Shown: piece by piece, positions 1 to 9,731 of the stretch
Layout: the number at the start of each line of letters is the position of its first letter
How positions within the stretch are numbered: position 1 is the first letter of the stretch
NCBI GenBank assembly: GCA_016872175.1
Contig: VHBA01000003.1
Coordinates: forward strand, 790-64,789
Origin: Sphingomonadales bacterium
GTDB taxonomy: Bacteria; Bacteroidota; Bacteroidia; NS11-12g; UBA955
DNA: 64,000 bases
Direction of reading: 5' to 3'
Made by a program: the position numbers and the translations under genes
The notes under the pieces: model-generated
What the model saw: only the letters and a program-made list of their open reading frames with translations
Database searches by the model: none
What the model was told of the DNA's origin: nothing

Positions 1-1514
1 AAACCTTTAGCCATGGTAAATTCTCCGCCTTCTTTGCCATCGCTGTTTCTGGGGCTCCAAACTTCTCCATTTGCGCCTTCAAAAGTGGTTCGTTCGCGCG
101 GAAATACCGTACATGGACTGTATTTGTTGATATCCATGGCAGTGGCATAGACAATGGGCTTGAATGTGGACCCCACTTGTCTTCTGGCATTTTTATTTAC
201 ATGATCATATTTAAAAAATTTGTGATTAATGCCGCCAACCCAGGCTTTTACATGGCCGGTTTCAGGTTCTACGGCTATAAATCCTGCATGAAGAAACTTT
301 TTAATGTACTTCATGCTGTCATACGGACTCATGGTAGTGTCGCGCTCGCCTTTCCATGAGAAAATGGTCATGCGAATAGGTTTTTTCAATTCTGCCATTA
401 TCGCTGATTCGTCTCCATTGAATTTTTCTTTCAGGGACTGGTAACGTTCGGTTCTTCTAAGTGCATTTTCTATGAACTCAGGAATTACTGTCCAATCGCT
501 GAGTTTTCGCCAGGGAGCGTCTTTACCCCAGGTTTGATAAAACTGTTTTTGAAGATCGGCCATGTGCTGTTCTACGGCTTTTTCTGCATGTTTCTGTATG
601 CGGCTGTCGATGGTGGTGTATATCCTTAATCCGCTTCGATATAGATTATGTCCGTTTTTCTTGCACCATTGCTTCATGTATTCGGCAAGTTGATCTCTGA
701 AATAAATGGCAGGCCCTTCATTGTCAACCCACTTATAATCCAGTTTTACCGCTTTCTCACGTATGTTTTCATAATCGCCAGCATCCAGTTTTCCGTATTT
801 CACCATTTGTTTCAGTACCACATTGCGTCGTTCCTTCGAATTTTCGGGGTTTAGGCGGGGATTATACAAACTGGTTGCTTTCAGCATGCCAATAAGAACG
901 GCAGCCTCTTCCACTTTCAATTCTGCCGGTTTTTTGTTGAAAAATTCGCGCGATGCGGCGTCAATACCCCAGCTCATTCCGGAAAACGGAACAGTATTGA
1001 GATACATGGTAATAATTTCATCTTTGGTAAATCGTCTTTCCAGCCTAATGGCAATGATCCATTCCTTGAATTTTTGCATCAGGCGTGTGATTTTCATTTT
1101 AGGCTTATCGTAAATGCTGAAAAGATTTTTGGCAAGTTGTTGTGTAATTGTGCTGGCACCGCCATCCCGGCCCATTCTTACAATCGCTCTTGCTGTTCCT
1201 TTGGCATCAATTCCGGAATGGTCATAAAAACGAACGTCTTCCGTGGCGATCAGCGCATCATACACGCATTGTGCAATCTGATCATGTTTTATATTGGTTC
1301 GGTTTTCCAAAAAATAGGTGCCCAGAATTTCACCATCAGCAGCATAAACCACCGAACTCTGCGCACTTTTTGGGTTTTCAAGGTCTATAATATCAGGCAT
1401 GTCGCCAAAAAGGCCAAAATTCACAAGCAGAAAGAAAACAATAATCATTAGAAAAACACCCAGAAGAAATTTCCAGAATTTTCCAATTAAATAATACCCT
1501 GAGTTGCCTGCCAT
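1..1514 (-). CDS. mrcA: Penicillin-binding protein 1A (transglycosylase/transpeptidase), 3' end runs off the window
   Basis: Not in the ORF track. Manual translation from ATG at 1514 gives MAGNSGYYLIGKFW, a TM segment, GT51 motifs EDVRFYDHSGID, GASTITQQLAKNL and YLNTV, and the transpeptidase SxxK motif RQVGSTFKP. Confidence 0.92.
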   Translation of the reverse strand, partial: MAGNSGYYLIGKFWKFLLGVFLMIIVFFLLVNFGLFGDMPDIIDLENPKSAQSSVVYAADGEILGTYFLENRTNIKHDQIAQCVYDALIATEDVRFYDHSGIDAKGTARAIVRMGRDGGASTITQQLAKNLFSIYDKPKMKITRLMQKFKEWIIAIRLERRFTKDEIITMYLNTVPFSGMSWGIDAASREFFNKKPAELKVEEAAVLIGMLKATSLYNPRLNPENSKERRNVVLKQMVKYGKLDAGDYENIREKAVKLDYKWVDNEGPAIYFRDQLAEYMKQWCKKNGHNLYRSGLRIYTTIDSRIQKHAEKAVEQHMADLQKQFYQTWGKDAPWRKLSDWTVIPEFIENALRRTERYQSLKEKFNGDESAIMAELKKPIRMTIFSWKGERDTTMSPYDSMKYIKKFLHAGFIAVEPETGHVKAWVGGINHKFFKYDHVNKNARRQVGSTFKPIVYATAMDINKYSPCTVFPRERTTFEGANGEVWSPRNSDGKEGGEFTMAKG

Positions 1515-1535
1515 ACTGTATGCGAATATACCAAG

Positions 1536-4127
1536 TTATCGCAACTTTCCACGGAAGAATTCCATGTAGGCGTTTATCCTGTTGTTGCTTGCAAGAGCCA
1601 GGTAGTTTGTTTTGGCAATCCAGGCCATTTCAAACTCGAAAAGGCCCTTTGCTGCCAGTATTTCAGGTTTCTTTTCAATAAATGACAGATACTCTTTCGC
1701 CTTTTCAGGTTTACTGAAATTTGATATACTGATATAAACAGTGGTGCCGGAAGCTCTGGCCGGACTTACTTCAAGATTTTCAAAAATGAAGTTCTCCTTG
1801 TTGAAATCATTCAATGTGGCCCTAATCATGTTTGTGTTGCTGCCTTTAGGGAAAACCAGCAGGTAAAACAGTTCTTCTTTTCCATCCCAGGTTTTCCATA
1901 ATTCTGTTTCATCCCTTGGGGTGTCGGATTTTCCATTATCTCCTGTATTGTCGGCTGTTGAAGTTTTTAATCTTTCCCAGGCTTCAATTGTTGTTTGTGC
2001 TTGATTAGCCATTGGAGTTCCGGGATAGTCCTGAGTAATTTGTTTCAGAACCTCAATGCCTTTTTCTGCACTACCTGATTTAATGAGGCAAATACCATAT
2101 TGATAATCAAACCTTGACTGGTATGCATTTCCTGCATATTTTCTATCGGCCTCCATTTTAACAGTAATGGCCTCGTTGTATTTAGCCTCGTTGGTTAGCT
2201 TATACATTTTTTCATATAATTCTTCTATAACTTTAAGTTCAGAGACCTGCTCAGAATTATTGTTGGTACTGTCCTTTTTACCATCAAGCAATTTAAGGTA
2301 CAATGAGTTTGGATATTTATCCAGCAATAATTGACGGTATTGGTTAAAATCTCCCAGTCTTCCGGCGTTTCTATGAATTTTAGCCATTTCGAAATAAATC
2401 TGGGGTTCATACAGCGTCTTGGGATATGATTTTAGCAATAATTCATACCATCGAAGTGCCTCCTTGTCTTCCTGAAGCTGGTTTTGGTAAATACCTGCAG
2501 CTGCAAACATTGATTCCTCCATGCGGTTTTGGGCATTCTTTTTGGCTTCGTCTGAAAAAGGAATGTCTTTATAGTATCTGCGTCTGTCTGCAGAAATACC
2601 ATCAGGTATTCCCTGCACCGGTTCATCATCTTTTTTTACAGCTGTATCGTTCGTCGTGCTGACCGTGGTTTCAGACACTTTTTTGGAGTTAATACGCCAA
2701 TAATCGCGGTTCACACGGTTGCCCCAGTAATTCTGAAATTCCTGACCGGATTTGTTACGCATAGCCGTGTTGTAAAATGGAAATGATCCAGTACCTGCCA
2801 ATGCATCGGTACCTATTCCTGAAGGCGGAGCCGGGGGAGGCGTAGGTTGATTTTTCAGTTTTTCTGCCAGTTTTTTCTCATTCTCAATAATACGGTCAAT
2901 GGATTTTTCCCTAAAAACAGGGTCATTAGCCATCCGAATCAGGCTGTCTTCCCGTTTAATGGTAAGCAGGTGCCTGAGTAAATCAGTAAGCTGGGCGCTT
3001 TTTTGAGATAAACGTTTATAATCGGGGTGTTTTTCATCCAGTTTTTTGTTGGCTGAATCATAATATAAGCCCGAGTTTTCATAATCCCTTCTCTTATAGT
3101 AATAATCCCCGACAGCCAGATAGGTGGTGGTCATCTGGGCATTGTCATTACCCGATTTTCTCAGCGACTGATTGAACTGATACAGTGCCTTTGATTCGTT
3201 ACCGGCCCTGAGTTCATTAAGCCCCATTCTGTAGTGGATCTGACCATAATACTCGATATTTTTATCATCGCGGAGCATCTTTTTCAGAATAGAATTTACC
3301 CGCGCATATCTAACGCCCTGGTCTGCCACCAACTGAGACAGCTGAATCCTGGAATTGAATGCCATATCATAAGGAGGATTCATTTTAATTACCTTTTGAT
3401 AATGTGAAGCAGCTTCATCGGTTTTATTCAAGTCAGCACAAACCTGAGCCAGTGAAAAATGAAGCCTGTAGCGTTCCATCTTCCTTTTGGCATGGGGTAC
3501 TGCTTTGTTCAGGAATTCATAAGCCTGCAGCATTTTGCTTTCCTTGAGATAAACGACAGCCAGTGCTTTGTATAATTCACCCCTTAGCGATTTAGGGAAA
3601 TCTTTGTCCTGATCGAGACTCCTGGCAAGGTTTTCTGCTTCTCCGTATTTTTTTCGCTGGTATAATGTCTGGTAAATCCATAGTTTGGCACTATACTGAA
3701 TTACCGGGTCCTTGTAGTTTGAGTGCACAAAATTAAACAAGTCTTCTGCAGCAATAAAATCTCCTTTCAGAAAATAGGCTTTCCCCATAAGCAGGTAGGC
3801 ATCATCGACCCAACGACTGCGGGGATGCTTGTCTATCATGGTGCTCACCTTTTTTACTACTTCATCCATGGCTGCCTGGTTGCCTTTGAGCGATTCGGCC
3901 GGTCCAAAGTTGTAAATTTCAATGAATGTGCGGTAATCGTCTTTATGGTTTTCTTGCAGTGTCAGCATGGTTTCATTCCATTTTGCCTCCGCATTGAAAT
4001 ATACATTGTAGTGCGCAGTGGTGTTGTGCCATGCCCTGCCCATCGCAGAATCACTGTTCTTGCATGAATGCAATGCAATAAGTAAGGCCGGAAATAGCAT
4101 CAGCAATAAAATTCTTTGAAGGCGCAT
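1536..4127 (-). CDS. sprE: TPR lipoprotein, T9SS/gliding protein SprE/PorW family
   Basis: Start moved to ATG 4127, which gives a lipoprotein signal (MRLQRILLL...ALHSC). Also the HNTTAHYNVYFNA N-terminal motif, many TPR-like helices and the F.FYN...F...WGNR...D.WR motif. Confidence 0.8.
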   Translation of the reverse strand: MRLQRILLLMLFPALLIALHSCKNSDSAMGRAWHNTTAHYNVYFNAEAKWNETMLTLQENHKDDYRTFIEIYNFGPAESLKGNQAAMDEVVKKVSTMIDKHPRSRWVDDAYLLMGKAYFLKGDFIAAEDLFNFVHSNYKDPVIQYSAKLWIYQTLYQRKKYGEAENLARSLDQDKDFPKSLRGELYKALAVVYLKESKMLQAYEFLNKAVPHAKRKMERYRLHFSLAQVCADLNKTDEAASHYQKVIKMNPPYDMAFNSRIQLSQLVADQGVRYARVNSILKKMLRDDKNIEYYGQIHYRMGLNELRAGNESKALYQFNQSLRKSGNDNAQMTTTYLAVGDYYYKRRDYENSGLYYDSANKKLDEKHPDYKRLSQKSAQLTDLLRHLLTIKREDSLIRMANDPVFREKSIDRIIENEKKLAEKLKNQPTPPPAPPSGIGTDALAGTGSFPFYNTAMRNKSGQEFQNYWGNRVNRDYWRINSKKVSETTVSTTNDTAVKKDDEPVQGIPDGISADRRRYYKDIPFSDEAKKNAQNRMEESMFAAAGIYQNQLQEDKEALRWYELLLKSYPKTLYEPQIYFEMAKIHRNAGRLGDFNQYRQLLLDKYPNSLYLKLLDGKKDSTNNNSEQVSELKVIEELYEKMYKLTNEAKYNEAITVKMEADRKYAGNAYQSRFDYQYGICLIKSGSAEKGIEVLKQITQDYPGTPMANQAQTTIEAWERLKTSTADNTGDNGKSDTPRDETELWKTWDGKEELFYLLVFPKGSNTNMIRATLNDFNKENFIFENLEVSPARASGTTVYISISNFSKPEKAKEYLSFIEKKPEILAAKGLFEFEMAWIAKTNYLALASNNRINAYMEFFRGKLR

Positions 4128-4187
4128 GAAGGAGTTCACGCTTAAAAACGATATTTTCGTGTTTTTATTACGTAAAGGCACAATATT

Positions 4188-4559
4188 ATGGTCAAAGTTC
4201 GCAAAATTATGGCTAAACTTAGAAATAAGTATCGTTTGGTATTGCTGAATGATACCCATTTCGGTGAAGTTTTTTCTATTAGCCTTACTCCAATGAACTT
4301 ACTGATGCTGCTGAGTACGGTTTTTATAACATTTGTCATAATAATTTATTTGCTGATTTCCTTCACACCGGCCAAGCGCCTTGTGCCGGGTTTTAGCAAT
4401 ACAAACAGCCGTGAAGCTATGATGGAACTGAATCAGCGGGTTGAAGACCTGGGCAGGGAGCTTGAAAATAAACAGATTAAAATTGATGCACTTAATGATA
4501 TGTTGTCTGATAAAGAAAAGAAGTTTGACAGTACTTCGGTTCGTCCAGGCAGAAATTGA
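4188..4559 (+). CDS. Single-TM coiled-coil protein resembling the N-terminal half of Bacteroidota bactofilin-linked M23 peptidases, without the M23 domain
   Basis: KYRLVLLNDTHFGEVFSISLTPMN, then a TM helix, FTPAKRLVPG and a coiled coil. Stops at 123 aa with no HxxxD/HxH motifs. Confidence 0.7.
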   Translation: MVKVRKIMAKLRNKYRLVLLNDTHFGEVFSISLTPMNLLMLLSTVFITFVIIIYLLISFTPAKRLVPGFSNTNSREAMMELNQRVEDLGRELENKQIKIDALNDMLSDKEKKFDSTSVRPGRN

Positions 4560-4583
4560 GTAATTCTTTGTTATTTTTGAAAG

Positions 4584-4591
4584 TATATTTG
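4584..4591 (+). promoter_or_regulatory. Bacteroidota sigma-A -7 element (TATATTTG) for the bactofilin-atp unit
   Basis: Exact TAnnTTTG, 7 nt before ATG 4599. Confidence 0.6.
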
Positions 4592-4598
4592 CAGTCCA

Positions 4599-5033
4599 AT
4601 GTTTTCATCCAATCAATCAGGCAAGCAAGGCAAAAAAGAGCCTGCTTCCGTAAATAACTTGTTAAATATTATTGGCCCGGGTACCAAGCTCAAAGGTGAC
4701 CTGGTATCTGAAGGCGATTTTCGTGTGGATGGCGTTATTGAAGGTCATGTAACCGTTAAGCAAAGGCTTGTACTTGGGGATGGCGGAAGTATCACAGGTG
4801 ATATAGATGCCCGCGACGCAACCATTGCCGGATTTATCAAAGGTAATATTACCGTTGCCGAAACGCTGGTACTCAAGTCAAACTCTAAAATTGACGGCGA
4901 TATAGCCACAGGGAAAATTATTATTGAAAGCGGTGCATCCTTCAACGGACGCTGCAGCATGAATGCACATATTACCCAGGTTACGACCAAATCCGTAACC
5001 CAAGGATCCGATGAAACCGGACAACCATCTTAA
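4599..5033 (+). CDS. Bactofilin (polymer-forming cytoskeletal protein)
   Basis: Beta-helix repeats IIGPGTKLKGDL...RVDGVIEG...IDGDI...IIIESGASFNGRCSM. Confidence 0.93.
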   Translation: MFSSNQSGKQGKKEPASVNNLLNIIGPGTKLKGDLVSEGDFRVDGVIEGHVTVKQRLVLGDGGSITGDIDARDATIAGFIKGNITVAETLVLKSNSKIDGDIATGKIIIESGASFNGRCSMNAHITQVTTKSVTQGSDETGQPS

Positions 5034-5217
5034 AAAATCGGGCAGCTTTCTCCGTTACAGCAGCCTTGCACTGCAAATGATACTAACCCTTTTGCTTTTT
5101 GTGGCAGGGGGATATTATCTTGATAAATGGCTGCAAACAGCATTTCCCTGGTTTACACTTTTTTTGACGCTGGGAGGTGTGGCCGGTTCGCTTTACTCCG
5201 CAATACGTAAACTTTAG
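5011..5217 (+). CDS. AtpZ/AtpI-family small membrane protein
   Basis: RYSSLALQM...GGYYLDKW, two TM helices, upstream of atpB. Confidence 0.85.
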   Translation: MKPDNHLKKSGSFLRYSSLALQMILTLLLFVAGGYYLDKWLQTAFPWFTLFLTLGGVAGSLYSAIRKL

Positions 5218-5225
5218 CCTTCATC

Positions 5226-5612
5226 ATGAAAACGTACTATCAAAGACTTATTGCTTTTTCTGTTATCATTTTTGCAGGAATGCTCACAAATGATTTTCTG
5301 AATAAAGATATAATTCCGGCTTATGGATATTTTGGTGTGCTCTTTCTGGTGGGTTTATCGGGATTCATACATTATTATATACACGGAAGTGGAAATACCG
5401 ACCCAAAGAAAACCATCAGGCGCATGATGCTGGGCAGTATGCTGAGAATGATGGCTGCTATTTTTTTTCTTGCAATTTCATTGTTCGCGTTCCGTCCTCT
5501 CAATTTTCCCTTTATCATTTCCTACACGGGCAGTTTTTTCCTGTTAATGGTGTTTGAAATTTCCCAAATTCGTCGTAAATTGCGCCCCGATTGCAATGGA
5601 CGCTCCAAATAA
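5226..5612 (+). CDS. Four-TM membrane protein, AtpI-like
   Basis: Four hydrophobic segments, positioned immediately before atpB. Confidence 0.65.
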   Translation: MKTYYQRLIAFSVIIFAGMLTNDFLNKDIIPAYGYFGVLFLVGLSGFIHYYIHGSGNTDPKKTIRRMMLGSMLRMMAAIFFLAISLFAFRPLNFPFIISYTGSFFLLMVFEISQIRRKLRPDCNGRSK

Positions 5613-5616
5613 GCAA

Positions 5617-6711
5617 ATGCCCTATTTCTCAGCGCTTTTCAGCGGATATAGAACTTCCAAAATTTTAGTATTGTCTCTGTTTTACGCGTTTTTTACGCTG
5701 GCTCTTCATGCTTCAGAAGCTGAACATACCCTTGAAAAGGGGCATGAAAATACCCATTCTGAGGAAAAAATGGATGCGGGTAAGCTCATTATGGAGCACA
5801 TTTCAGACTCGCATGACTGGCACCTTTGGGGACACACTTCCATCCCTTTACCTGTGATAGTTTATACCCAAAGTCAGGGTTTGCTTGTGTTCTCAAGCTC
5901 CCGTTTTAATCACGGGCATGATGCTTACAATGGATTTAAACTCAATGAAAAGAACCAGTTAGTATGGGAAAACCAAGCCAATACAGAGGCGATTTATGAC
6001 CTAAGCATTACAAAAAATGTTTTGGCCATGTTTATTGCTGTTCTCACGCTTCTCATTATCATGATTGCTGTTGCCCGCACCTACAGCAGGCGCCCCGGGC
6101 AAGCTCCCAGAGGATTTGTAAATATTATTGAACCTCTTATCTTGTTTTTGCGTGATGATATAGCCAAATCATCAATTGGTCCTAAGTATGAGCGCTACAT
6201 GTCCCTCATCCTCAGCATTTTCTTTTTCATTTTTGTAAATAACATTTTCGGTCTTATTCCTATTTTTCCCGGTGGAGCAAACGTGACAGGGAATATTGCG
6301 ATAACCATGGTTTTGGCACTGGTGGTTTTCCTTACAGTTAATATTATCGGTAACAAATACTACTGGAAACACATTTTCCTGCCCGATGTACCTAAAGCCA
6401 TGTATATTATTATTGTTCCCATAGAAATTTTGGGTGTAATACTGAGGCCTTTTGTACTAATGCTTCGTTTATTTGCGAACATCACCGCAGGTCATATTAT
6501 CATTCTGGGCTTCTTTAGTTTGATATTCATATTCGGAGCCATGAGCCCCGGCCTGGGATACGCTGTTAGTCCGCTTTCCGTAGCCTTTACTTTGTTTATG
6601 AGCCTGCTCGAATTGCTGGTAGCTTTCCTTCAGGCTTTCGTATTTACCCTGCTCACTGCCATATATATAGGTATGGCCATCGAAGAGCATCAACACGCAG
6701 AACACCATTAA
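5617..6711 (+). CDS. atpB: F0F1 ATP synthase subunit a
   Basis: RPFVLMLRLFANITAGH, LELLVAFLQAFVFTLL and a Bacteroidota-type N-terminal extension. Start inferred at ATG 5617. Confidence 0.96.
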   Translation: MPYFSALFSGYRTSKILVLSLFYAFFTLALHASEAEHTLEKGHENTHSEEKMDAGKLIMEHISDSHDWHLWGHTSIPLPVIVYTQSQGLLVFSSSRFNHGHDAYNGFKLNEKNQLVWENQANTEAIYDLSITKNVLAMFIAVLTLLIIMIAVARTYSRRPGQAPRGFVNIIEPLILFLRDDIAKSSIGPKYERYMSLILSIFFFIFVNNIFGLIPIFPGGANVTGNIAITMVLALVVFLTVNIIGNKYYWKHIFLPDVPKAMYIIIVPIEILGVILRPFVLMLRLFANITAGHIIILGFFSLIFIFGAMSPGLGYAVSPLSVAFTLFMSLLELLVAFLQAFVFTLLTAIYIGMAIEEHQHAEHH

Positions 6712-6725
6712 TAAAACAACAATAA

Positions 6726-7010
<285 letters not shown>

Positions 7011-7018
7011 TCCTAATC

Positions 7019-7049
7019 GGTTGCCCGCCCCGGCGGGCAACCTTATTTC
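7019..7049 (+). terminator. GC-rich hairpin between atpE and atpF (partial terminator or stabiliser)
   Basis: GGTTGCCCGCC-CC-GGCGGGCAACC perfect 11-bp inverted repeat followed by TTATTTC. Confidence 0.65.
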
Positions 7050-7070
7050 AAAAAAAGAAAAACAAAAAAC

Positions 7071-7580
7071 ATGGAGTTAGTAACCCCTGCCATAGGCCTT
7101 GTATTCTGGATGCTGGTAACATTCTCATTGTTGCTTTTTATCCTTAAAAAATTTGCCTGGAAACCCATCCTTACATCGATGAAGGAGAGGGAAGAGTCCA
7201 TCGAAAAATCGCTTCAGGAAGCTGCCAATGCGCGCTCTGAGATGCAAAAACTCAATCAGCAGAATGAAAATCTGCTTGCAGAAGCACGTGCAGAAAGAGA
7301 AATCATACTCAAAGAAGCCCGTGAAATCAAGGAAAAAATTGTGAGTGAGGCAAAAAATGCTGCCGATGAGGAAGCCAAACGCCTTATTTCTCGTGCCAAT
7401 GACGAAATCAGCCGCCAAAAAAATGCTGCTCTGGATGAATTGAAGAAAGAAGTAGCTCAGTTCTCATTGCAAATAGCCCAGAAACTGGTAGAAAAAGAAC
7501 TGGAAAACAATGATGCTCAGAAAGCACTCATTGCAGATCAGCTCAGTAAACTTGATAAGCAACAAAAAGCAACTTCATAA
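7071..7580 (+). CDS. atpF: F0F1 ATP synthase subunit b
   Basis: GLVFWM...KKFAWKPIL...ERE, coiled coil. Confidence 0.96.
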   Translation: MELVTPAIGLVFWMLVTFSLLLFILKKFAWKPILTSMKEREESIEKSLQEAANARSEMQKLNQQNENLLAEARAEREIILKEAREIKEKIVSEAKNAADEEAKRLISRANDEISRQKNAALDELKKEVAQFSLQIAQKLVEKELENNDAQKALIADQLSKLDKQQKATS

Positions 7581-7590
7581 GTAACAATAC

Positions 7591-8121
7591 ATGAAAATTG
7601 CATCCCGTTACGCTAAATGCCTTTTTGACATTGCCGTTGAAAAAAAGCAGCTAGATGCAGTTGCCGGCGATGTCGGTAATTTGTTGAACGCAATAGCGTC
7701 TTCATCCGAATTAGCATCTTTTTTGGAAAGCCCTTTGCTTCACAAATCAAAAAAGAAAGAGGTGTTGCGTCAAATATGTAAAGGGTTCAATGAAATTTCC
7801 CTTTCTGTTTTCGATATGATGGCCGACAAGAGTCGTGAAAATTTATTGGGCGAGATGGCGGAATCATTTATCAGTATTTACAATAAAGCCAACGGTATTA
7901 CACTGGCTGAAGTTACCAGTGCCATAGCCCTGGATAAAGATACACTTGCCGGTATTGAACAGTTTGTAAAAAACCATGCCGGTAGCAAACAAGTTGTTAT
8001 TACGCAAAAAGTAAATTCCGCACTCATTGGCGGACTGACCATCCTTTTTGACGGCAGAATGTATGACAGCTCTGTGATTGGTCAAATTAATAAAATGAAA
8101 AAAGAACTTAACCTAGCTTAA
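7591..8121 (+). CDS. atpH: F1 subunit delta
   Basis: IASRYAK, LIGGL...YDSSV. Confidence 0.95.
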   Translation: MKIASRYAKCLFDIAVEKKQLDAVAGDVGNLLNAIASSSELASFLESPLLHKSKKKEVLRQICKGFNEISLSVFDMMADKSRENLLGEMAESFISIYNKANGITLAEVTSAIALDKDTLAGIEQFVKNHAGSKQVVITQKVNSALIGGLTILFDGRMYDSSVIGQINKMKKELNLA

Positions 8122-8133
8122 AAAAATAAAATA

Positions 8134-9714
8134 ATGTCACAAATAAGGCCTGATGAAGTATCCAGCATCCTTAAGGAACAAATTTCCGGTTTCAGCGGTG
8201 CTGCCAGTTTAGAAGAAGTAGGTACTGTCCTCCAGGTTGGGGATGGTATTGCCCGTATTTTCGGACTCTTTGGTGTGCAAAGTGGTGAACTCGTTGAATT
8301 TGACAACGGAATTCGTGCTGTAGCATTAAACCTGGAAGAAGATAACGTGGGTGCCGTATTGATGGGTAGCAGTGCTGACATCAAAGAAGGCGACAAAGTA
8401 AAACGTACCGGTAAAATTGCCAGTATCAATGTTGGACATGGCATGCTGAGCCGCGTAGTAAATACGCTGGGTGAGCCTATCGACGGAAAAGGCCCGATTG
8501 CAGGCGAAGTGTTCGATATGCCATTGGAGCGTAAAGCACCGGGTGTATTGTTTCGTGAACCTGTAAAGGAGCCTCTGCAAACCGGTATCAAAGCCATTGA
8601 TGCCATGATTCCTATTGGCCGCGGACAGCGCGAATTGATTATCGGTGATCGCCAGACAGGTAAAACTACCATTGCGCTTGATACCATTATCAACCAAAAA
8701 GAATTTTACGAAAAAGGCCAGCCCGTATATTGTATTTATGTAGCCTGCGGTCAGAAAGAATCTACCGTAAAGCAGGTTGTGAAATCGCTGGAAGAAAATG
8801 GCGCCATGCCTTATACCGTGGTGGTTTCTTCACCTGCGTCTTCGCCTGCTCCGCTTCAGTTCTTTGCACCTATGGCCGGTGCCGCTATTGGTGAATATTT
8901 CCGCGATCTTGGTTTGCCAGCACTGGTTGTATATGACGATCTCTCAAAGCAGGCTGTTGCCTACCGTGAAGTATCGCTGCTGCTGCGTCGTCCCCCAGGA
9001 CGTGAAGCATATCCCGGTGACGTGTTCTACCTGCACAGCCGCCTGCTGGAAAGAGCATGCAAACTGAATGCGAATACAGAAATTACTGAAAAAATGAATG
9101 ATTTGCCACCAGGCCTGCAAGGCAAGGTAAAAGGTGGCGGTTCACTCACAGCCCTTCCCATTATTGAAACACAGGCCGGTGACGTTTCGGCTTACATCCC
9201 TACCAACGTAATTTCAATTACCGATGGACAGATATTCCTTGAATCAAATCTGTTCAATTCAGGTGTGCGTCCTGCCATCAACGTGGGTATCTCGGTAAGC
9301 CGTGTAGGTGGTAATGCCCAGATTAAATCCATGAAAAAGGTGGCCGGTACCCTGAAACTTGACCAGGCTCAGTACCGCGAACTGGAAGCGTTTGCCAAAT
9401 TTGGTTCTGATCTTGATGCCGCTACCAAAGCGGTTTTGGATAAAGGTTCACGCAACGTGGAACTGCTGAAACAGCACCAGTTTAGCCCTGTAAGCGTTGA
9501 AAAGCAGGTAGCTATCATTTACCTGGGTACCAGCAATCAATTGCGCAGTATTCCGGTAAACAAGGTTCGCGCTTTTGAAACAGCCTACCTCGAATATTTG
9601 GAAAATAAACATACTGACGTTTTGGAACAGCTCAGAGGTGGAAAGATAGATGATTCTATCACTGCTGTGCTCAGCGAAGCCGGCAGGGAAGTAGCCAAAG
9701 GATTTACCGAATAA
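8134..9714 (+). CDS. atpA: F1 subunit alpha
   Basis: GDRQTGKT Walker [23 protein letters not shown]. Confidence 0.99.
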   Translation: MSQIRPDEVSSILKEQISGFSGAASLEEVGTVLQVGDGIARIFGLFGVQSGELVEFDNGIRAVALNLEEDNVGAVLMGSSADIKEGDKVKRTGKIASINVGHGMLSRVVNTLGEPIDGKGPIAGEVFDMPLERKAPGVLFREPVKEPLQTGIKAIDAMIPIGRGQRELIIGDRQTGKTTIALDTIINQKEFYEKGQPVYCIYVACGQKESTVKQVVKSLEENGAMPYTVVVSSPASSPAPLQFFAPMAGAAIGEYFRDLGLPALVVYDDLSKQAVAYREVSLLLRRPPGREAYPGDVFYLHSRLLERACKLNANTEITEKMNDLPPGLQGKVKGGGSLTALPIIETQAGDVSAYIPTNVISITDGQIFLESNLFNSGVRPAINVGISVSRVGGNAQIKSMKKVAGTLKLDQAQYRELEAFAKFGSDLDAATKAVLDKGSRNVELLKQHQFSPVSVEKQVAIIYLGTSNQLRSIPVNKVRAFETAYLEYLENKHTDVLEQLRGGKIDDSITAVLSEAGREVAKGFTE

Positions 9715-9731
9715 ACCGCTGATTAACACGC

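Noticed and set aside
177-1451. Five + strand ORFs in the track
   Set aside because: They are antisense shadows of the PBP1A gene, which the track missed because it runs off the window.
4128-4259. Apparent head-to-head overlaps of long ORFs (also 24016-24119, 36948-37064 and 55180-55290)
   Set aside because: Artefacts of longest-ORF start calls. Downstream starts give proper signal peptides or TM segments and remove the overlaps.
8118-8697. 191-aa and 123-aa antisense ORFs in atpA, and similar ORFs opposite relA, dnaX and ccmF
   Set aside because: These are typical shadow ORFs of conserved genes with no recognisable motifs or start context.
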